32,000 bases of DNA from NCBI RefSeq assembly GCF_000219175.1, contig NC_015735.1, positions 60,001 through 92,000 of the forward strand. The letters run 5' to 3'. Below are positions 24,023-32,000 of this stretch, piece after piece. Under the pieces are notes generated by a model. That model saw nothing but the letters and a program-made list of their open reading frames with translations. It had not been told where the DNA came from and searched no databases. How positions within the stretch are numbered: the stretch's first letter is position 1; every line of letters starts with the position of its first letter. Made by a program: the position numbers and the translations under genes. Source of the stretch: Candidatus Moranella endobia PCIT. GTDB lineage: Bacteria > Pseudomonadota > Gammaproteobacteria > Enterobacterales > Enterobacteriaceae.

Positions 24023-24895
24023 ATGAAGTCTATTTTCAGCAGAGGTGCTTCTCTGCAACCGAGATTTTTGCTGACATTGATGATAGCTATTGTTGCCATC
24101 ATTGCCGATAGTAGGCTGTTAGTTAAAATCCGTACGGATACAGTTGTCAGTCCCTTCTTTTTGTTGGCAAAAAATTCGCGTCAGATGCTGGATAATGTTT
24201 TACAGACACTAGCGAACCGCACCCAAATGAAGCTAGAAAACCGTGCACTACGTCATGAGTTGCTATTTAAAAATAGTGAACTATTACTACTAGGTCAGTA
24301 TCAACAGGAAAATGCTTGGCTGAACGAACTACTGAGGTTCGCCCTGGCCCAAGAACACAAGATGATTACCAAAGTAATTACTGCCAGTACTGATCCTTAT
24401 AGTAATCAGTTAGTAATCGACAAGGGTATTGATAATGGCATTTATATCAGCCAACCAGTTATCAATAACAAAGGTGTGGTGGGACAGGTAATCTACGTAA
24501 GTAAGTTTACTAGTCGTGTATTGTTGATATGCGATGCATCTCACGCACTGCCAATACAAGTTCTACGTAACGGTATTCGCGTAATAATTACTGGCCATGG
24601 CTGTGCAGAAGAGTTAAAAATAGAGTATTTACCATATAATATCGATATTCGCGTTGGCGATATGCTAGTAACTTCTGGTTTAGATGGTTACTTCCTGGAA
24701 GGATATCCGGTAGCAGTAGTTTCATCGGTAAAAATTGATCCTCAACGCGCTTATACAGTTATTCATGCACGCCCAACTGCTAACCTACAGAGACTAAACT
24801 ATTTGCTGTTGTTATGGGATATAGATCATAGTAGCAAAGTGCCATATTACCCTTACAAAGGGCATAGGATAGTAGTTCATAACAGTTTGATATAA
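24023..24895 (+). CDS. mreC: Rod shape-determining protein MreC
   Basis: 290 aa directly after mreB; one N-terminal TM, coiled coil, VIDKGIDNGIYISQPVINNKGVVGQVIYVSKFTSRVLLICDASHALPIQVLRNGIR, VGDMLVTSGLDGYFLEGYPV. Confidence 0.95.
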   Translation: MKSIFSRGASLQPRFLLTLMIAIVAIIADSRLLVKIRTDTVVSPFFLLAKNSRQMLDNVLQTLANRTQMKLENRALRHELLFKNSELLLLGQYQQENAWLNELLRFALAQEHKMITKVITASTDPYSNQLVIDKGIDNGIYISQPVINNKGVVGQVIYVSKFTSRVLLICDASHALPIQVLRNGIRVIITGHGCAEELKIEYLPYNIDIRVGDMLVTSGLDGYFLEGYPVAVVSSVKIDPQRAYTVIHARPTANLQRLNYLLLLWDIDHSSKVPYYPYKGHRIVVHNSLI

Positions 24896-25116
24896 CTACT
24901 AATCAAATAGGTATTGCTGTAGCAGCTGCCTAACATAATAGGAATACACTACCAGCTATGTGCGATGGCGCTAGACACTGATTCTGATATTGTTCTCATT
25001 GACCACTAAAACTAAGATGATAGTCTGCTGATAGTTGAATTTTTTTATTAATCTTTAATTTAACTAATGAATATTTTGGAACAGTTTTGTGGATGGCCTA
25101 TTATGGTATGGACTGT

Positions 25117-25156
25117 TTTTACTAAGGATCTTCTTAACAGAAGATCCTTAGTAAAA
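25117..25156. repeat. Perfect 17-bp inverted repeat with 6-nt loop between convergent mreC and serS
   Basis: TTTTACTAAGGATCTTC-TTAACA-GAAGATCCTTAGTAAAA; arms 25117-25133 and 25140-25156. Confidence 0.9.
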
Positions 25157-25205
25157 CATATAGTAAATGTACAAATTAAGCAATAATCAAGAAATAACTA
25201 GTCTT

Positions 25206-26498
25206 TTAACCAATATGAGTCAGACCGTTCATATACGACTGTATAACAACCGGTATTTTAATACGTCCATCTGCTAACTGATAGTTTTCCAGTACCGCCA
25301 TCAAAGTTCGACCAACAGCAAGTCCAGATCCGTTAAGGGTATGTACTAGCTGTAGTTTTTTTTTATGTTTGCTACGATAACGCACCTGCATACGGCGCGC
25401 CTGGAAATCACCTATATTAGAGCAGGAGGAAATTTCTCGGTAGGTATTTTGTGCGGGCAACCATACTTCAAGATCGTAAGTTTTGCAGGAAGCAAAACCC
25501 AGATCGCCAGTACACAGCAAGACTTTACGGTATGGTAACTGCAGCAATTGCAGCACCTTTTCGGCATGACCAGTTATCTCTTCTAGAGCTTGCATCGATT
25601 GTGACGGTTTCACTACTTGCACAATTTCTACTTTGTCGAACTGATGCATGCGAATTAGCCCGTGGGTATCGCGACCATAAGAGCCAGCTTCGTAGCGGAA
25701 ACACGGTGTATGTGCAGTCATTTTCAGCGGTAATATATTTTCTTCAATTATCTCATTGCGTCTTAAGTTAATTAACGGTACTTCCGCAGTTGGAATCAGA
25801 GCATAGGTATGGGTTTCAACTTCTTCACTGAAAGGCTGGGCATAAAATAGATCAGCAGCAAACTTCGGTAGTTGTCCAGTTCCGTATAATGAAGATTGAT
25901 TCGCTAGATAAGGTAGATAATGTTCAATATAGCCGTGTTGTTCAGTATGAAGATCCAACATGAACTGAGTTAAAGCCCGGTGTAAGCAGGCAATTTTACC
26001 TCGCATTACTACAAAACGTGAGCCAGTTAACTTCACCGCCGCGGCAAAATCTAGCCCGCCAGACATTTCACCCAACTCCACATGATCGCGAATGGGGAAA
26101 TCGTATTTTTGTTGTTCACCCCAGCGTGAAACCTCCAAATTATCATGTTCATTAAAGCCATCTGGCACATCATCGGAGGGTAGATTGGGCAAAGACAGCG
26201 CGTATTCAAGGATTTCGTTCTTTATACTTTCTAATGCTATTTTAGTAGTATTCAAACGAACACATAACTGATTGCTCTCTTGGCGCAGTGATTCTAGATC
26301 TTCACCACGATATTTAGCAGCACCGATTGCCTTAGAATATGCATTGCGTTTAGCTTGTAGATGTTCAGTTTCAACCTGGAGCACTTTGCGTTGCGCCTCT
26401 TGCTTACGCACGTAAGTTACATCAAGTTTGCATTTTCTTCGAGCTAATTTTTCCGTGACTACGTCTAGATCATTACGCAGTAAATGGGGATCAAGCAT
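25206..26498 (-). CDS. serS: Seryl-tRNA synthetase
   Basis: 430 aa; [14 protein letters not shown], class II motifs [56 protein letters not shown]. Confidence 0.97.
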   Translation of the reverse strand: MLDPHLLRNDLDVVTEKLARRKCKLDVTYVRKQEAQRKVLQVETEHLQAKRNAYSKAIGAAKYRGEDLESLRQESNQLCVRLNTTKIALESIKNEILEYALSLPNLPSDDVPDGFNEHDNLEVSRWGEQQKYDFPIRDHVELGEMSGGLDFAAAVKLTGSRFVVMRGKIACLHRALTQFMLDLHTEQHGYIEHYLPYLANQSSLYGTGQLPKFAADLFYAQPFSEEVETHTYALIPTAEVPLINLRRNEIIEENILPLKMTAHTPCFRYEAGSYGRDTHGLIRMHQFDKVEIVQVVKPSQSMQALEEITGHAEKVLQLLQLPYRKVLLCTGDLGFASCKTYDLEVWLPAQNTYREISSCSNIGDFQARRMQVRYRSKHKKKLQLVHTLNGSGLAVGRTLMAVLENYQLADGRIKIPVVIQSYMNGLTHIG

Positions 26499-26938
26499 GC
26501 TAGTCCTATAATGATGATTATTAGATGTGCGATTACACTATAAAGTTATAGCAGTGCTCAGTTCCGAGCGGCGGATACTAATCCATAATTTTTTAAATGC
26601 TACCGTAACCGTGAGTTTTGTAGCTTGTGAATAGGTAATTTCATCTCGTGCGACTAGATAAGCAATATTCTTAACTTTGTATTTTCTAGCCCGTACCTTG
26701 TTGATAAATCAGTAAAGCAAAATGGTCTGGTCAAATATAATTAATCAGAACTATTTTACATGGCAAGGTAATCATTCTAAATATTATACAATAATAAGCA
26801 AAAAATTAATAAATAAATCTCGGCTCTATATGACTTGAGTTATTATATTAGATAAATATACCTCCATCAAAAAGAGCAAAAAACAATAACAAAGGGTGCT
26901 ATCACACCATACCATTTTCACATTATTGGTAAGCTGAT

Positions 26939-29900
26939 TCAGCCAGTGATTTGTGCATGCATTTCCTGCAACGAAATAACTTGCGCAGTGGCATCGGCGT
27001 CCAGAGACATCACAGTAGCTAATCCACCATTTAAAGTAGTATCATAATGCACTTTATACTGCAAAGCACTACGACGAATTAGTTTCGAATCCTCTATTGC
27101 CTGACGACCGGAGGTTGTATTAATAATGTAGCTGTATTCACCGTTTTTTATTCTATCCTGAATATGTGGTCGTCCTTCATGAACTTTATTAACTAAACGC
27201 GAGTTGATACCAGATTCACCTAGAATCATTGCCGTGCCATAGGTAGCATCTATCTTAAAGCCGTGTTTAATAAGCTTAGTCGCTAAATCCACCACTCGAG
27301 CTTTATCATTATCACGAACAGATAATAGCGCGCGACCACTGTGCTCCATGCGAGACTGAATACCGAGCATTGCCTTGGCAAAGGCTTCAGAAAAAGTACG
27401 GCCAACTCCCATCACTTCACCAGTAGAACGCATTTCTGGCCCTAGGATAGGATCAACTTCAGGAAATTTATAAAACGGTAGTACCACCTCTTTCACGGAG
27501 TAGTAAGGTGGTATGATTTCACGTGTTACACCCTGTTCTGCGAGTGATTTACCAACCATAACCCGTGCAGCTACTTTTGCCAAAGCTACGCCAGTAGCTT
27601 TGGACAAAAATGGTATCGTGCGCGCGGCGCGTGGGTTGACCTCAATTAGGTACACTTCATGGTTTTTCACCGCGAACTGAACATTTATCAAGCCCTTGAC
27701 TTGCAGCTCAATAGCAATTTTTTCTACTTGCTGGCGCATAACATTTTGAATTTCATGGTTTAGCGTGTACGCTGGTAATGAACAAGCAGAGTCACCAGAG
27801 TGCACACCAGCCTGCTCAATATGTTCCATAATGCCGCCGATGAGCAAGTTTTCACCATCGTAAACTGCGTCTACATCTACTTCTACCGCATCATCTAGGA
27901 AACGGTCAAGCAATACCGGTGCATTGTTAGATACTTGAATCGCACTATTGAAGTAGCGCAGTAGATCCGTGTCGTCGTAGACGATTTCCATTGCTCTGCC
28001 GCCAAGAACGTAAGAAGGACGAACAACCAGTGGATAACCGATATTGGCGGCTTCTTCTAATGCTTGTTCAATAGTTGTGACTGTAGTATTAGCTGGTTGT
28101 TTTAACCCCAACCGCTCGACCAACTGCTGGAAACGCCCCCGGTCTTCTGCTTGGTCTATAGAATCAGGGCTGGTGCCAATTACTGGTACACCGAAAGCTT
28201 CCAGCGCGCTAGCTAATCTTAGCGGTGTTTGGCCGCCGTACTGTACAATAATGCCATGGGGCTTTTCGATACGAACAATTTCTAGGACGTCTTCTAACGT
28301 TACTGGTTCAAAGTAAAGACGATCTGAAGTATCGTAATCGGTTGACACTGTTTCAGGGTTACAGTTTACCATGATTATTTCGTAACCGTTTTCTCGCAAC
28401 GCCAATGAAGCGTGTACACAGCAGTAGTCAAACTCAATGCCTTGACCTATTCGGTTCGGACCACCACCTAGCACCATAATTTTTTGTCGATCTGTATGTG
28501 GCTTAGATTCACATTCTGCTTCATAGGTTGAGTACATATAGGCAGTATCGGTAGCGAATTCGGCAGCGCAGGTATCGACACGTTTATACACTGGGTGTAA
28601 ATTATAGCTTTCGCGCAATTTACGAATGTCAGCTTCTGAAATACCAACTAAAGTTGCTAACCGCGCATCGGAAAAGCCTTTACTTTTTAACTTACTAAGA
28701 TAATCGGCGCTAAGGGCAGTAACACCACGCTCTACCAAATCGTTTTCAAATATGACCAACTCCTCAATTTGCACTAGGAACCAACGGTCGATATGAGTCA
28801 AGTTAAATACCGCCTCGACAGACATGCCAAAGCGGAAAGCATCTGCTATATACCATATGCGTCTACTTCCCGCGTCTTTTAGCTCGCGCCTTATAGTAAT
28901 CAAAGCTTCAGGATCATCACGGTTGACGACTGGATCGAAACCGCTAGCGCCTACTTCCAGTCCGCGCAGTGCTTTTTGTAGCGACTCTTGCTGGGTGCGA
29001 CCAATAGCCATGACTTCGCCCACAGATTTCATCTGAGTAGTCAGACGGTCATTGGTACCAGCGAGTTTCTCAAAGTTGAATCGTGGAATTTTAGTAACAA
29101 CGTAATCAATCGACGGTTCGAAAGAGGCAGGCGTGCGGCCACCGTTGATGTCATTCAACAACTCATCAAGAGTATACCCAACAGCCAATTTAGTTGCCAC
29201 TTTGGCGATAGGGAAACCGGTAGCCTTAGAAGCAAGTGCTGAGGAGCGAGAAACACGAGGGTTCATCTCAATAATTACAAGACGTCCCGTGTTTGGATTG
29301 ACTGCAAATTGAACGTTAGATCCACCAGTTTCGACACCAATTTCACGTAATACCGCCATGGCTGCATTACGCATAATTTGGTATTCTTTATCACTCAGGG
29401 TTTGCGCTGGCGCTACAGTTATAGAGTCTCCGGTGTGTATGCCCATTGGATCAACATTTTCAATAGAACAAACTATAATGCAGTTATCTTTTTTATCGCG
29501 CATCACTTCCAATTCATATTCTTTCCAACCAATAAGCGATTCATCAATTATCAGTTCGGTGGTAGGTGACAGATCCAGACCACGCTCGCAAATCTTCTCA
29601 AACTCTTCGCTATTATAGGCAATACCACCACCGGTTCCACCCATAGTGAAGGACGGGCGTATAATGCATGGAAATTCAACAGTTTTCGCCACTGCAAATG
29701 CTTCATCCATGGTATGGGCAATTCCGGAGCGGGCAGTTTCTAGACCAATTTTTTTCATCGCCTGAGCAAATTGCTGACGGTCTTCCGCTTTATTGATTGC
29801 GTTAGCAGTAGCGCCGATCATTTCTACACAAAACTCGGTCAACACCCCCGTTCTCTCTAGTTCGAGCGAACAGTTTAGCGCCGTCTGGCCACCCATAGTC

Positions 29901-30163
29901 GGTAACAACGCATCTGGCCGCTCTTTTGCAATAATTTTACGAACTATTTCCCAATTAATTGGCTCAATATAAGTAGCATCAGCTATATCAGGATCGGTCA
30001 TAATAGTGGCAGGGTTAGAATTAACTAACACTACGCGATAGCCCTCTTCGCGTAGAGCTTTGCAAGCTTGAGTACCAGAATAATCAAATTCGCACGCCTG
30101 GCCGATAATGATTGGGCCGGCGCCCAGGATCAGGATTTTGTTTAGATCGATACGTTTTGGCAT
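26939..30163 (-). CDS. carB: Carbamoyl-phosphate synthase large subunit
   Basis: 1074 aa; [30 protein letters not shown]; both ATP-grasp halves are full length, ending in [40 protein letters not shown]. Confidence 0.98.
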   Translation of the reverse strand: MPKRIDLNKILILGAGPIIIGQACEFDYSGTQACKALREEGYRVVLVNSNPATIMTDPDIADATYIEPINWEIVRKIIAKERPDALLPTMGGQTALNCSLELERTGVLTEFCVEMIGATANAINKAEDRQQFAQAMKKIGLETARSGIAHTMDEAFAVAKTVEFPCIIRPSFTMGGTGGGIAYNSEEFEKICERGLDLSPTTELIIDESLIGWKEYELEVMRDKKDNCIIVCSIENVDPMGIHTGDSITVAPAQTLSDKEYQIMRNAAMAVLREIGVETGGSNVQFAVNPNTGRLVIIEMNPRVSRSSALASKATGFPIAKVATKLAVGYTLDELLNDINGGRTPASFEPSIDYVVTKIPRFNFEKLAGTNDRLTTQMKSVGEVMAIGRTQQESLQKALRGLEVGASGFDPVVNRDDPEALITIRRELKDAGSRRIWYIADAFRFGMSVEAVFNLTHIDRWFLVQIEELVIFENDLVERGVTALSADYLSKLKSKGFSDARLATLVGISEADIRKLRESYNLHPVYKRVDTCAAEFATDTAYMYSTYEAECESKPHTDRQKIMVLGGGPNRIGQGIEFDYCCVHASLALRENGYEIIMVNCNPETVSTDYDTSDRLYFEPVTLEDVLEIVRIEKPHGIIVQYGGQTPLRLASALEAFGVPVIGTSPDSIDQAEDRGRFQQLVERLGLKQPANTTVTTIEQALEEAANIGYPLVVRPSYVLGGRAMEIVYDDTDLLRYFNSAIQVSNNAPVLLDRFLDDAVEVDVDAVYDGENLLIGGIMEHIEQAGVHSGDSACSLPAYTLNHEIQNVMRQQVEKIAIELQVKGLINVQFAVKNHEVYLIEVNPRAARTIPFLSKATGVALAKVAARVMVGKSLAEQGVTREIIPPYYSVKEVVLPFYKFPEVDPILGPEMRSTGEVMGVGRTFSEAFAKAMLGIQSRMEHSGRALLSVRDNDKARVVDLATKLIKHGFKIDATYGTAMILGESGINSRLVNKVHEGRPHIQDRIKNGEYSYIINTTSGRQAIEDSKLIRRSALQYKVHYDTTLNGGLATVMSLDADATAQVISLQEMHAQITG

Positions 30164-30227
30164 CTCATACTCTTGATACGTTATGTGTCAAATTAAGGAA
30201 GGAAGATGGTCTATATATGAGCTGATC

Positions 30228-31376
30228 TCAAATAGTAGGCTGTAAGCGATAAGAACTGATGAGATCAATAAAATGGTTAAATAATGGCGAGGCATCCTGT
30301 GGTCCAGGACTAGCTTCGGGATGACCCTGAAAACTGAATGCTGGCTTATCTATGCGGTGTAAACCCTGTAGCGTGCCATCAAAAAGTGACTTATGGGTTA
30401 CCCTGAGCATTACTGGTAGTGTCTTTTCCTCTACCGCAAAACCATGGTTCTGGGCGGTAATCATTACTCTGTCCGTATCCAAATCTTTTACCGGATGATT
30501 ACTACCGTGGTGACCAAACTGCAGCTTAACTGTCTTAGCACCGCTTGCCAAAGCGAGTAATTGATGGCCTAGGCAAATACCAAATATTGGAATTTCGGTA
30601 GTAAGAAAAGTTTTGATAGCATTAACCGCGTAATCGCATGATTCGGGATCGCCCGGACCATTGGACAAAAAAATACCATCAGGATTCATCATGAGAACAG
30701 TTTTAGGTGGAGTTTGCGCTGGAACGACAGTTAAATGACACCCTCGATCAACTAGCATGCGCATTATATTGCGTTTAATACCATAGTCATAGGCAACTAC
30801 ATGATAAGGTAAGTTAGTCGATGGCAAAGGCAATCCACCGTCCAGAGTCCAACTACCTTGGGTCCAGCTATACTGCTCGGTAGTACTAACTTCTTTCGCC
30901 AGGTCCATACCTTTAAGACCAGGAAAGGCGCGCGCTTTGCGCAGCGCTAGTTGCGTATCCAGGTGCTTACCCGCAATAACGCAACCATGTTGTGTCCCCT
31001 TTTCTCGTAGATAACGAGTCAGCTTACGAGTATCAATATCAGCAATACTGACAATATTTTGCTGCTTTAAATAAGCAGATAAAGACATAGTATCCCGAAA
31101 ATTACTAGTAATGAGCGGCAAATCACGGATCACTAAAGCACGTGCCTGCACTCGGGATGATTCGTTGTCGGCTTCATTTGTACCAACATTGCCAATATGG
31201 GGATAAGTAAGAGTAACAATTTGGTTAGAATATGAAGGATCAGTAAGAATTTCTTGATAGCCAGTGATTGATGTATTAAAAACTACTTCCCCAACCACTA
31301 TACCATCTACACCAATGGAACGACCATGAAATTCAGTTCCATCTTCCATAACTAACAGCGCCGACTTGATCAACAA
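30228..31376 (-). CDS. carA: Carbamoyl-phosphate synthase small subunit (glutaminase)
   Basis: 382 aa; [20 protein letters not shown], catalytic [30 protein letters not shown]. Confidence 0.98.
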   Translation of the reverse strand: MLIKSALLVMEDGTEFHGRSIGVDGIVVGEVVFNTSITGYQEILTDPSYSNQIVTLTYPHIGNVGTNEADNESSRVQARALVIRDLPLITSNFRDTMSLSAYLKQQNIVSIADIDTRKLTRYLREKGTQHGCVIAGKHLDTQLALRKARAFPGLKGMDLAKEVSTTEQYSWTQGSWTLDGGLPLPSTNLPYHVVAYDYGIKRNIMRMLVDRGCHLTVVPAQTPPKTVLMMNPDGIFLSNGPGDPESCDYAVNAIKTFLTTEIPIFGICLGHQLLALASGAKTVKLQFGHHGSNHPVKDLDTDRVMITAQNHGFAVEEKTLPVMLRVTHKSLFDGTLQGLHRIDKPAFSFQGHPEASPGPQDASPLFNHFIDLISSYRLQPTI

Positions 31377-31583
31377 ACATCCTCCCCTGTAACTGTTACA
31401 TTACTTTATATCATATTTCTTTCATTGTTTTCTAAAAAGATCATGTTAGAAATTGGTCATGCGACACTTAAATAAATCAGATAAACTTTTAGCAATCGTT
31501 TTATAGTGTTACGTTATAATATGCAATACCTTAGATACTAAAAATTAAAATGTATAATAAAAAAGTGTTTCAGAAAAACTGGC

Positions 31584-32000
<417 letters not shown>

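Noticed and set aside
25356-25364. T9 run in serS (A9 in the coding strand, HKKKLQ)
   Set aside because: It is in frame with an intact SerS protein, so it does not indicate a disruption. It serves as a caution that A9 runs are not unique to dnaX.
28044-29618. Multiple plus-strand ORFs (60-90 aa) inside carB
   Set aside because: All are antisense to intact carB, and their serine/arginine-rich translations are typical of reverse-complement reading of conserved coding sequence.
29000-30163. Possible truncation of carB
   Set aside because: The ORF runs the full expected length with both ATP-grasp halves and the normal C-terminus, so the gene appears intact.

Overview
This 32 kb window looks like ordinary housekeeping chromosome from a reduced-genome Enterobacterales relative, possibly an insect endosymbiont. 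That placement is an inference from protein similarity recalled from E. coli; no database was searched. From left to right: the 5' end of a secreted or lipoprotein-like ORF (left edge, minus), a decayed speG pseudogene (-), dut (-), rpmB-rpmG-mutM (+), dnaX (+), adk (+), a complete 13-gene nuo operon nuoA-B-CD-E-F-G-H-I-J-K-L-M-N (-), mreB-mreC (+), serS (-), carB-carA (-), and partial dapB (-) at the right edge. I found no CRISPR array, transposase, phage, toxin/defence module, rRNA or convincing tRNA, and no evidence of a novel multi-gene system. The observations most worth a second look are in dnaX: (i) the last 40 codons of tau, conserved in sequence, are displaced to the +1 frame behind an in-frame TAA; (ii) there is an A9 tract in the linker, roughly where the gamma-producing slippage site lies in E. 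coli; (iii) the linker appears expanded. Other observations are the multiply frameshifted speG remnant, a perfect 17-bp inverted repeat between the convergent mreC and serS genes, a palindrome just upstream of nuoA, and several gene-free gaps where E. coli neighbours (coaBC/radC, coaD, ybaB/recR/htpG, mreD) are absent.
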